From Bacteroidales bacterium (GTDB taxonomy: Bacteria; Bacteroidota; Bacteroidia; Bacteroidales; ML635J-15): DNA of 64,000 bases. Positions 1-8,500 of the stretch are shown one piece after another (the first letter of the stretch is position 1; each line of letters opens with the position of its first letter). The DNA lies in assembly GCA_017617125.1 (NCBI GenBank), contig JAFZWY010000002.1, positions 3,386 to 67,385 on the forward strand, given 5' to 3'. The notes beneath the pieces were generated by a model. That model saw only the letters and a program-made list of their open reading frames with translations. It made no database searches and was not told the DNA's origin. The position numbers and the translations under genes were made by a program.

Positions 1-363
1 TCGACTATAGAATGTAATCGACTTGGTAAACAAATATTTGCGGTTATATGCAAGTCCAAGATAATAATCGGCCTCCTTCAAATCATTATCGTATGCCAGA
101 GTAAGGTATTTTATAGCCTTGTCGTACTCATTTCGCAGCATAACCATCGAAGCGCCACAATAATAGTTGAATACGGGATCGGATGCATACCAGCTATGCA
201 ACTGCGAGAAACCCATGTATGCATTTGCGTAGTCGGCCGTCTCGAAATAGGCCACGCTGGCGTTGAACAAAGAAATCTCAGTCTTCGAATACTTCTTGAC
301 ATCAACAAGCTTTGCATACTGCGCCGACAGATTTCCGACACAGGATAAAAGCACTAATGCCAT
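1..363 (-). CDS. TPR-like repeat protein, N-terminal part only (gene runs off the left edge)
   Basis: The frame is open from ATG 363..361 to position 1, and is absent from the ORF track because it has no stop in the window. The translation MALVLLSCVGNLSAQYAKLVDVKKYSKTEISLFNASVAYFETADYANAYMGF...DYYLGLAYNRKYLF has a signal-like start and TPR-type helices. In-frame TTG codons at 393 and 396 could lengthen the signal peptide. Track ORF 111..341 is in another frame. Confidence 0.5.
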   Translation of the reverse strand, partial: MALVLLSCVGNLSAQYAKLVDVKKYSKTEISLFNASVAYFETADYANAYMGFSQLHSWYASDPVFNYYCGASMVMLRNEYDKAIKYLTLAYDNDLKEADYYLGLAYNRKYLFTKSITFYSR

Positions 364-431
364 TACAATGAATATTTTCTCTAACTCTTTCAACAAGTTA
401 CGCTTTCGCCTTAATAGCCTATAATACACTG

Positions 432-439
432 CAAAACTA
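432..439 (-). promoter_or_regulatory. -7 promoter box TAgtTTTG for the TPR-like gene
   Basis: The minus strand reads caaTAgtTTTGcag. Three TTGTTGAAAA-like direct repeats lie 20-50 nt further upstream (plus 458-490). Confidence 0.4.
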
Positions 440-589
440 TTGAAATAAATTTAATTATCAACAAGTTTTCAACAATTTTTCAACAGGGTGCTATGGGGAC
501 ATAAAAAATGCCCTTAGTCGCCCACATGGCAACCAAGGACATAGTATGGTTGATATGATTATAAAACTTAGGAAATAGGAAATAGAAGC

Positions 590-2260
590 CTACTTCCCTT
601 TTCCGGTCTTAACCTCTATTTTCAGTCGTTTTCCCATAAACCTGCGGTTCTTGAAAACCCTGATAACCTTTTCCTGAACATCGGAATCGACCTCGAAGAA
701 AGTATGCCCGGTGAGAATCTCAATCTTACCGATTTCGGCACCAGCGAGCAGGTCGCTCGAATTGATGACATCCATCAGTTTCATCTTGGTAAGGCCATCC
801 TTCTCACCTACCGTTATGAAAAACTTTGTAAATCTGGTCTTGCGGCTGCGCTTGTCGAACTTGTCGTCGCCCTGCCTGCGCGAACCGCCTTTCTTCTCGT
901 CCTGCTTGCGACCTTTGCCCTTCTTATCCTTGTCGTAGATATTAATGTCGGCAGCGCCCTTGTAGTAATTGAGGAAACGGTTGAACTCGGTGGACACAAA
1001 TCTCTTGATAAGTTCCTCGCGATCAAGCGACTGCAATCTGAGCATTATGGCAGGAAGAAAATCCTTTATCTGGTTGTCGATTGTCTCTATTGCCATCACC
1101 TTGTCAATCATCGACATAAGCTGAATCATACAGATTTCCTTGCCGTCTGGAATCTTCTTGCGGACAATTTCCTTCTTGAGTAACTTCTCTATTTCACGGA
1201 TTTTGTGTTCCTCGCGAGTGTGGACTATTGTCACACACATTCCGCGCTTACCAGCACGACCAGTACGGCCACTGCGATGGATATAAGTTTCGCGCTCGTC
1301 GGGAAGGTTGTAGTTAATGATATGGGAGAGATCGTTGACATCGATTCCTCGAGCGGCCACGTCGGTAGCGACAAGGATCTGCAAATGCTTGGAACGGAAC
1401 TTCGCCATCACCATGTCGCGCTGAGCCTGCGACAAATCACCATGCAGAGAATCGGCATTGTAGCCGTCCTGTATCAACTTGTCGGCAACTTCCTGAGTTT
1501 CCTTACGAGTACGGCAGAAAACGATTCCATATATGTTTGGGTTGATGTCAACTACTCGCTTCAGTGCAAGATAGCGGTTCTTTGCACTGACGAGATAATA
1601 CACATGGTCGACATTTTCGGCACCGGAATTTTTCTTTCCAACCGAAATTTCCAATGGCTGCATCATGTAGTCCTCGGCAATGCGACGAATGTCGTCGGGC
1701 ATAGTAGCCGAAAACAAAAGTGTCTGCTTGAAGTCGGGCGTTGACGAAAGAATATTATCCAAATCCTCCTTGAAGCCCATATCGAGCATTTCGTCGGCCT
1801 CGTCAAGAACAAGAGTTTTTATTTTGCCGATTTTCAATGCTTTGCGTTCAATCAGGTCCATAACTCGTCCTGGTGTTCCCACCACGATATGCGCACCCGC
1901 CTTCAGCGACTTTATCTGCGGTTCGATGGATGCACCGCCATACACTGCCACAATCTTCACATCTGGCATAAATTCGGCAAACGAAACCAAATCCTTGGCA
2001 ATCTGCACCGACAACTCGCGCGTCGGGGAAAGAATTATTGCCTGCGTAAAATTTGCTTCGGTATCGATCCTTTCGATTATCGGCAGACCAAATGCAGCGG
2101 TTTTTCCAGTACCCGTCTGCGCCAAACCGATAATATCCTTCTCGGACGACAGCAATTGGGGAATTACTTTTTCTTGAATAGGTGTAGGAGCTTCGAACCC
2201 ACGCTTCTTTATTGCGGCCAACAATTTTTCGTTTAGCCCAAAATCTTCAAATGATGACAT
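590..2260 (-). CDS. deaD: DEAD-box ATP-dependent RNA helicase with C-terminal DbpA-type RNA-binding domain
   Basis: 556-aa ORF with motifs AQTGTGKT, PTRELS, VLDEADEML, SAT and HRSGRTGRAG. It has a basic K/R-rich linker followed by a DbpA-like C-terminal domain (FFITVGEKDGLTK...IEILTGHTFFEV). Confidence 0.95.
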   Translation of the reverse strand: MSSFEDFGLNEKLLAAIKKRGFEAPTPIQEKVIPQLLSSEKDIIGLAQTGTGKTAAFGLPIIERIDTEANFTQAIILSPTRELSVQIAKDLVSFAEFMPDVKIVAVYGGASIEPQIKSLKAGAHIVVGTPGRVMDLIERKALKIGKIKTLVLDEADEMLDMGFKEDLDNILSSTPDFKQTLLFSATMPDDIRRIAEDYMMQPLEISVGKKNSGAENVDHVYYLVSAKNRYLALKRVVDINPNIYGIVFCRTRKETQEVADKLIQDGYNADSLHGDLSQAQRDMVMAKFRSKHLQILVATDVAARGIDVNDLSHIINYNLPDERETYIHRSGRTGRAGKRGMCVTIVHTREEHKIREIEKLLKKEIVRKKIPDGKEICMIQLMSMIDKVMAIETIDNQIKDFLPAIMLRLQSLDREELIKRFVSTEFNRFLNYYKGAADINIYDKDKKGKGRKQDEKKGGSRRQGDDKFDKRSRKTRFTKFFITVGEKDGLTKMKLMDVINSSDLLAGAEIGKIEILTGHTFFEVDSDVQEKVIRVFKNRRFMGKRLKIEVKTGKGK

Positions 2261-2277
2261 AAAAATAATTTAGGGCA

Positions 2278-2285
2278 CAAAAATA
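2278..2285 (-). promoter_or_regulatory. -7 promoter box TAttTTTG of the helicase gene
   Basis: The minus strand reads gttgTAttTTTGtgccctaaattatttttATG, with 17 nt from the G to the ATG. Confidence 0.55.
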
Positions 2286-2295
2286 CAACTTTATT

Positions 2296-2317
2296 TACGA
2301 TTGACGATTTTAGATTT
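2296..2317 (-). promoter_or_regulatory. Upstream element AAATCTAAAATCGTcAATCGTA (read in the helicase direction)
   Basis: It matches 4426-4447 upstream of the serA-like gene at 21 of 22 positions, in the same orientation relative to each gene. It ends 10 nt before the -7 box. Confidence 0.5.
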
Positions 2318-2357
2318 ACGATTGAGTTGAAAATTTGAGGATTCACTGAGCTAAAGG

Positions 2358-2380
2358 TTGACGAATTACGATTTACGATT
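2358..2380 (-). promoter_or_regulatory. Second block of AATCGTA heptamer repeats upstream of the helicase promoter
   Basis: The minus strand reads AATCGTAAATCGTAATTCGTCAA. Together with 2296-2323 this gives about 5-6 copies of (A)ATCGT(A/C) in 90 nt. Confidence 0.35.
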
Positions 2381-2394
2381 GGGCAAAAAGAAGA

Positions 2395-2435
2395 GAAGGC
2401 TAAAAGTCGAATAAAACCTTTTAGCCTTCTTTTTT
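2395..2435 (-). terminator. Rho-independent terminator after the 2455..4194 lipoprotein gene
   Basis: A 12-bp stem gaaggctaaaag / cttttagccttc with an 11-nt loop. T-rich runs follow on both strands. Confidence 0.7.
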
Positions 2436-2454
2436 GTCAATTATTTATTACTAA

Positions 2455-4194
2455 TCATTTCCTCTTCTTCTTGGACTGAACGCAAACAGGACGCACAGAG
2501 AACCCATTGTTTCGGAAGGTGCCAGTTATGTTACAAACGCCCGAACTGAAGTCGAGGAACTTCGCGAAGCTAGTATACTCTGTGTCAAGCGAACTCGTCC
2601 AATAGTAGCCGTTGAAATCGGCACCGTCGTCATTGTTATCGTAAAGGTAGCCTGCTGCGGGCAGGAAAATACTGTTGCCATTGGTTCTACTGGTAAACAA
2701 CAATCCTTTTAAACCGTTCTGGCTTGTCCAGGTCGTATCGCAATTGTCAACAAGTTCCTGCATTTCGCCCTGTGTCGGCATTCTCCAGTTACTGCCCCAG
2801 TTAACAGAAGCAGCATCATCACTAGACTCCAATGTTGTAAGCGTATCGGTATAACCGTTTAGTCCGAAACCTTCATCATTGCAATACTTTGTCTGCGTTA
2901 GTTCGCTACCATCACAATATTGATATGTTTCCCAATCATATGTTTCCTTGGTTTCAGTTTCGCCCCAAGCGTAATAATTACCGTATTCGATAGGACTGCT
3001 TGCGCCCACATTGCTGTAGGCCCACAGTAAACCGCTCGGCAAACCTAAATCGACATAGCCATAGCCATCCTTATAGCCTGTTGGCTCGCTATAGGCATTT
3101 GGCTTGGTAAACTGTCCGATTTCACTCTCAAACATACCATCGGGAGTTTTTACATACGCCTTATAATAATAGGTTGTCAGCTCAAGGTTGTACAAATCAT
3201 ACGAGAACAACTGACTAGTCTCGCGACACATTAAAGTATCGGTAAGCTGAGAATCGCTACCTCCATACACAAATCCACATTCGTACAATTCCGAATTTCC
3301 TGCGTAATAGGCGCTCAGGGTTACCGTGTCGCCATTCCATGAAGGCTCATCCAAATAAACATAATCCCCTACTAGCGCACCATTTCCTGGGAACGACATT
3401 GTAATCACTGGACTATGTATAACAGTTGGCACAGAATCGCCATCATCCATACGCAAAGTTGCAAGTGCCACGACCGAATATTCGGCAGAATCGAGTTCCT
3501 GTGCATACAATTGAGTTACAAATATATTGGGGTTAGTATCCAATGGTTCTGCGTCATATAACAAATAATCGTCATTCTCATCCAATTGCTGCATATCGGA
3601 CTCTGTAAGGATACGCTTTGCCCAGAAGCGTTTTTCATCGTCGCTCAACTGTCCGCGTTTCAGTGCAAAAGCATACATCTCCAAGTTTTCGGTTCCTTCT
3701 ATAACTTCGCCGTAAAGCAGAATGCTTCCACCGTTAATTTCGAGATCAGAATTCACGATAATACGCGGGTAGCCAGACGAGAGCACTATTTCGACATCAA
3801 GCGCAGAATTTTCTCCCGACAAATACAGCAGACGGGTCGGATCTGACATTCCTGACAGCGTATCGCCCTGTATCACAGCCGACACGCCAACCCAGAAGCC
3901 TACTTCACGACGTACATATATGCTCTCCGAATGCGCCAGGTCGTTAGAGAACAGTCCGTCACCATCGGCATCGAGAAAACGGCAGTTATAGCCTATGGTA
4001 TCCTCAGTGCTATAGTAAATTGTAACACGAGCATCAAACGATTCGATTGCCGCCTTATTGGCGAACTGACAGTCGCGCTTCAAACCGAGGTTAAGCACTC
4101 CTACATTACCATAATCCAACGGATCCTTGCGACAACCAACAATCGCAAACACGACAATAGAAAATATCGACATTAAAAGTAAAGCTCTCTTCAT
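2455..4194 (-). CDS. Surface lipoprotein with C-terminal DUF1566/FISUMP-like (lectin-like) domain
   Basis: Lipoprotein signal MKRALLLMSIFSIVVFAIVGC. The track start at 4200 is GTG, and the ATG at 4194 fits the -7 box better. The C-terminal module is YVDLGLPSGLLWAYSNVGA...YYAWGETE...WRMPTQGEMQEL...GNSIFLPAAGY...YYWTSS. It is paralogous to the C-terminus of 30602..31993. Confidence 0.85.
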   Translation of the reverse strand: MKRALLLMSIFSIVVFAIVGCRKDPLDYGNVGVLNLGLKRDCQFANKAAIESFDARVTIYYSTEDTIGYNCRFLDADGDGLFSNDLAHSESIYVRREVGFWVGVSAVIQGDTLSGMSDPTRLLYLSGENSALDVEIVLSSGYPRIIVNSDLEINGGSILLYGEVIEGTENLEMYAFALKRGQLSDDEKRFWAKRILTESDMQQLDENDDYLLYDAEPLDTNPNIFVTQLYAQELDSAEYSVVALATLRMDDGDSVPTVIHSPVITMSFPGNGALVGDYVYLDEPSWNGDTVTLSAYYAGNSELYECGFVYGGSDSQLTDTLMCRETSQLFSYDLYNLELTTYYYKAYVKTPDGMFESEIGQFTKPNAYSEPTGYKDGYGYVDLGLPSGLLWAYSNVGASSPIEYGNYYAWGETETKETYDWETYQYCDGSELTQTKYCNDEGFGLNGYTDTLTTLESSDDAASVNWGSNWRMPTQGEMQELVDNCDTTWTSQNGLKGLLFTSRTNGNSIFLPAAGYLYDNNDDGADFNGYYWTSSLDTEYTSFAKFLDFSSGVCNITGTFRNNGFSVRPVCVQSKKKRK

Positions 4195-4217
4195 AAACAC
4201 CTAACATAAATGAGCCT

Positions 4218-4225
4218 CAAATATA
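4218..4225 (-). promoter_or_regulatory. -7 promoter box TAtaTTTG of the lipoprotein gene
   Basis: The minus strand reads TAtaTTTGaggctcatttatgttag, with 23 nt to ATG 4194. Confidence 0.5.
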
Positions 4226-4425
4226 CAATATTTTTTATGATTTGCCGCTATATATCCACACAGAAAATTATTATTTACCGATAATGTGGAACAGGCAACA
4301 AAAAAACAAGTTGACTGTAATCTCTTAACCGATTCTGGCATTACGAATAATGACATAAGATTTGATGATTAAAAATTTAAATTCTTAATAATTAACTCAT
4401 TATCCATAAAATTCTAAATAATAAT

Positions 4426-4447
4426 AAATCTAAAATCGTAAATCGTA
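4426..4447 (+). promoter_or_regulatory. Upstream element AAATCTAAAATCGTaAATCGTA of the serA-like promoter
   Basis: It is a near-identical copy of the element at 2296-2317 and ends 16 nt before the -7 box at 4464. Confidence 0.5.
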
Positions 4448-4463
4448 CTTCATAAATATTACT

Positions 4464-4471
4464 TATCTTTG
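4464..4471 (+). promoter_or_regulatory. -7 promoter box TAtcTTTG of the dehydrogenase gene
   Basis: The sequence is acttatctttgccg, with about 50 nt to ATG 4522. Confidence 0.5.
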
Positions 4472-4521
4472 CCGAACTTAAAAAGCAGAACAATAATAAA
4501 ATTTTAAAACACAAGATTGAA

Positions 4522-5445
4522 ATGAAAAAGGTTTTAGTAGCAACCGACAAACCGTTTGCTAAAGAAGCAGTTGACGGCATCCAGGCAAAGGCAAAAGCCG
4601 CTGGATACGAAGTTATTTTACTTGAAAAGTACGGAACCAAGGACAAACTTTTGGCTGCTGTAGCTGATGTTGACGCAATGATTATCAGAAGTGATGTTGC
4701 TGACAAGGAAGTTATCGAAGCTGGTAAGAACCTGAAGATTATCGTTAGGGCTGGTGCAGGTTTCGACAACATCGACCTCAACGCAGCAACAGCTTGCAAT
4801 GTAGTTGCAATGAACACTCCTGGCCAGAACTCGAATGCAGTTGCAGAACTTGCTATCGGTCTTATGATTATGGCAGCAAGAAACAACTACAATGGAAAGT
4901 CGGGTTCGGAAATCCACGGAAAGAAACTCGGTATCTACGGTTACGGAAACGTTGGTCGCCTCCTCGGAAAGTATGCTATGGGATTCGGCATGGAAGTAGT
5001 TGCATACGACCCATTCCTCACAAAGGAACAGATTGAATCGACTGGCGCAAAGCAGTGCACCAACCTCGACGACCTGTTTGGCACCTGCCACTACATCTCG
5101 CTCCACTGCCCGGCAAACGACGAAACCAAGAAGTCGATTAACATGAGCAAAATCGGTAAGATGCCTAAGGGCGCTACTCTTATCAACACTGCCCGCAAGG
5201 AAGTCATCGACGAAGACGACCTCAAGAAGGTTCTTGCAGAAAGACCAGACTTCAAGTACATGGCAGACGTTGCTCCAGAATGCGCAGCTGAACTCAGAGA
5301 GAACTACGCTGACCGCGTATTCTTCACACCGAAGAAACTTGGCGCTCAGACCGAAGAAGCAAACGTTAACGCAGGTATCGCAGCAATCAACCAGATAGTT
5401 GACTACTTCGAGAACGGAAACGAAAGATTCAGACTAAACAAGTAA
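4522..5445 (+). CDS. D-isomer specific 2-hydroxyacid dehydrogenase, 3-phosphoglycerate dehydrogenase-like
   Basis: 307-aa ORF with NAD-binding motif GIYGYGNVGRLLGKYAMGFGMEVVAYDP and a catalytic-domain layout typical of short SerA-type enzymes in Bacteroidota. Confidence 0.85.
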   Translation: MKKVLVATDKPFAKEAVDGIQAKAKAAGYEVILLEKYGTKDKLLAAVADVDAMIIRSDVADKEVIEAGKNLKIIVRAGAGFDNIDLNAATACNVVAMNTPGQNSNAVAELAIGLMIMAARNNYNGKSGSEIHGKKLGIYGYGNVGRLLGKYAMGFGMEVVAYDPFLTKEQIESTGAKQCTNLDDLFGTCHYISLHCPANDETKKSINMSKIGKMPKGATLINTARKEVIDEDDLKKVLAERPDFKYMADVAPECAAELRENYADRVFFTPKKLGAQTEEANVNAGIAAINQIVDYFENGNERFRLNK

Positions 5446-5463
5446 TAATTTGAATCGAAAATT

Positions 5464-5493
5464 AAAAAAGCCGCAAACTTGCGGCTTTTTTTT
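5464..5493. terminator. Bidirectional rho-independent terminator (dehydrogenase gene / giant adhesin gene)
   Basis: The sequence is aaaaaagccgcaaacttgcggctttttttt. An 8-bp stem is flanked by an A-run and a T-run. Confidence 0.85.
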
Positions 5494-5512
5494 ATGATTA
5501 TGAGTTTGGCAA

Positions 5513-8500
5513 TTATCTAATCATTGTGACAGTTCCCTGTTCGCGATGTAATATTCCATATACATCCTCGAACTGGCAGTACCACTGGTAGATACCATTT
5601 TCGAGAACCTTATCTCCCTTACGTTTGCTACCCATATCGGTACCATCCCACGAACCTTCAGAGCAAGCATCACAACTTGCCTGCGGATCGAAACGTGTAG
5701 TCTTGAATACCAATTCTCCCAAGCGGTCGTATACGGTAAGCAGGAAGTTATTGTTCGTAATACCATTTCCACATATGCGGAAGCAATCGTTCAAACCGTC
5801 GCCATTAGGTGTAAACGACGTTGGTGCATAGAACGAGAACTGGTTGTATACCGTAATAAACCTTGATGTAGTATCGGTACAATAATGGTCGCTCTGTGCT
5901 ACGAGAACAACTTCATACTCACCTATTTCGGAGTAGGTGTGTCTTGGACTCTCGTATGTAGAGCTATCCTGGTCACCGAAGAACCAGAAATATCTATTTG
6001 CATCGATTGACCTGTTTACAAACAGCACCTCAGCCGACAGAACCGAAACAGCCTGCATATCGGCGTCGAACAATGCACGAGGACGAGGATATACGTGAAT
6101 CATGTCGGGAACGGTCTTAACTATCTTACAACCATGTTCGCTCCATACATTCATTGTTACATCGAATGTTCCTGGATTCTTGTACGTATGGTCGACAATA
6201 TTCTCTTCAGAGTAATCGTTGTCGCCGAACTGCCATAGATACTGAGAGCCTTCCTGTGTCAACGGAGTGAAAGAAACTGTAAGCGGAGCACAACCCTCGA
6301 CATGGCTTGCTGTAAACAATTCGTCGGGATAGCCGTGAACGAATATCTCTATTGAATCCATTATCGATGGAGTTCCGCACATATCCGATAAAGATATGTA
6401 GAACATTGTTGTAGAATCGGGCCTTACGGTAAATGGTGAAGGCACAACCCTACCATCCTGCAACGTAATAGTATATGGACCGCCGTTTCCACCATCAGCC
6501 TCTACATAAATCAGAGCCTCGTCGCCACGGCATATAGTATCGTTGCTTGTAACTACAGACGCTATACGCAAGTCTGGATTAACATTTACGGTTACAGGTG
6601 CCAATTCTACCGAACAACCATGAGAGTCGTAAATCGTAAGTGTATATGTAGAAGTTACCAATGGTGAAACTTCGAATCTAGTGCCGTTATACTGCAAACT
6701 ATCTGGCCCCATCCACCTATAATCATAATATGGAGAGCCTCCGGTTATTGCTGTAGTAAGAACTGCTGTCTGTCCCTTGCAGATCGTCGTATTGCTCATT
6801 GGCAAAGCAATTATTGGATCAGGTTCAGGAATTACGAATTCCTCAGTGTAACGGCATCCGTTACTGTCGTGTACGGTTACATTATACGAACCGGCCGAAG
6901 TTGTAAGGATATCGGTTGTATTGCCATTTGGCCACAAATAGGTGTATGGAGGAGTTGCACCATCGACAAAGATTCTGGCTTCTCCGTCGTTACCGCCATG
7001 ACACGATACCGAGTCCATCGACCTTGATATTATAAAGTCTTCGGGTTGGGTTATGACAAAGCTTCCGATAACTGAACATCCGATAAGGTCTGTTACCGTA
7101 ACAGTATATGCACCGCTACATATGCCATCATAGATATATGTATCGGAAGGCCAAGTGTACTGTAATGGAGGCAAACCACCTCTCAATGCCAGTTCTGCTC
7201 GTCCATCGCAATGTCCGTAGCATTTAATCTGACGAAGCTGTATGCTATCGATAACCAGTTTTGGACTTACCGTTATGGTCATTGATTCTACATTACTTGT
7301 ACAGTTGTGAGAATCACGCACATATGCAGTATAATGCGTTGTAGCTGACAAAGAACTGGACAATTCGTTATTAGCTTCGAATTCTCCTGAACCGGTATTC
7401 CATATATAGTGGTACGAAGGAGTTCCACCGAAAGCATCTACACGTACAGGAGTCGGCTCGCCTTCGCATACGGCATAGTCGGTTGTTATGGTTATAAGTA
7501 GCAGTTCTGGCTGAGTCAATGCCACATAAGTATCCCTGCTACAGTTATTGTCGTCGACAACAGTAAGGAAATATTCGCCAGCTGACAAGTTTACTCTTTC
7601 TGCAGAGCCAAGTCCCATATCGCCCCAAATGTAACGCAAATCACCAGTACCGCCTCCAGCCTGTACAGATATCGCGCCATCGTGCGACTCAAAACATGTC
7701 AAATTTGTTGAAGTGACAGTCTGTATAACAACTTCAGTTGGTTCACTGATTACAAAGTTAGCGTCTGCTCTACACCCATTTGCATCGGTAATAGTTAGAG
7801 AATAATTACCTGCACCTGCGTTGAGAAGTTCGGTTCCTGGTGCTGCCCACGAATATGTCATAGGTGCCGTACCGCCATGATGTACAACAACTGCTGAACC
7901 GCCATTACTATGGTAACATGGATCATTGACTACCGATATCGAGTCTATCACAAGTTGCTCTGGATTTAATATAGAAACCAAAGTATCGGCAGTTATACAG
8001 CCATTGTTTTCGACAGTAAGAGTAACAGCATGAGTGCCGGCGGTCTGCCACGATACCAAATGTGGTCCTATAGGAGTAGCGCCCTGCTGAACAAATGCGC
8101 CTTCGAAGCCCCATGTGAACGTAGCATTTGCGTCCATATTACCTACATACGTAATCGATGTTTCATCGCCGAAACAAGCAACCGGTGTATAGACAAAAGT
8201 GTTGGTCGGTTGACACTGGAAATTTGTTGTGACTTCAGAGAAACCCAGGCAGTCGTCACGTCCGAGATATTTTTCTGTCCAGCGGAATGTATATGTACCC
8301 CATCCATTTACAATAACTTGAGTGTTTGGTGAGTTCGGACTAGTAAAAGTTACAGAGTTGTTAACATCGTCGCCGTTAGGATAAGCAGACACCGTCCATT
8401 CTCCAGTATTGCTGTTCGAGAAGTTGTTAACCGACAAGTTCGTTCTATTTGAACAAATAAGGCCTGGCAAACTTGCAACTTCTGGAGTTGGAAGAATACA

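Noticed and set aside
111-341. 76-aa minus-strand ORF listed in the track
   Set aside because: A different minus-strand frame is open to the window edge and encodes a signal peptide plus TPR-like helices. The listed ORF is Cys/Arg-rich and implausible.
458-490. Three TCAACAA(G/T)TTT direct repeats upstream of the TPR gene as a distinct element
   Set aside because: They are short and A/T-rich, with about one helical turn of spacing in a promoter region. They are noted under the promoter feature, but the evidence is too weak for a separate claim.
704-2236. Plus-strand ORFs (up to 179 aa) inside the DEAD-box helicase gene
   Set aside because: They are antisense to a gene with all the helicase motifs. 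There are no signals of their own.
2455-4194. The DUF1566-like C-terminal domains as targets of a diversity-generating retroelement
   Set aside because: The window contains no reverse transcriptase and no template-repeat copy of either 3' end.
2296-4447. Inverted 22-nt repeats flanking the lipoprotein gene as an invertible or mobile cassette
   Set aside because: The enclosed gene has its own -7 box and terminator inside the repeats, so inversion would not switch it. No recombinase is nearby. Each copy lies at a fixed distance upstream of an outward-facing promoter. A shared promoter element is the simpler reading.
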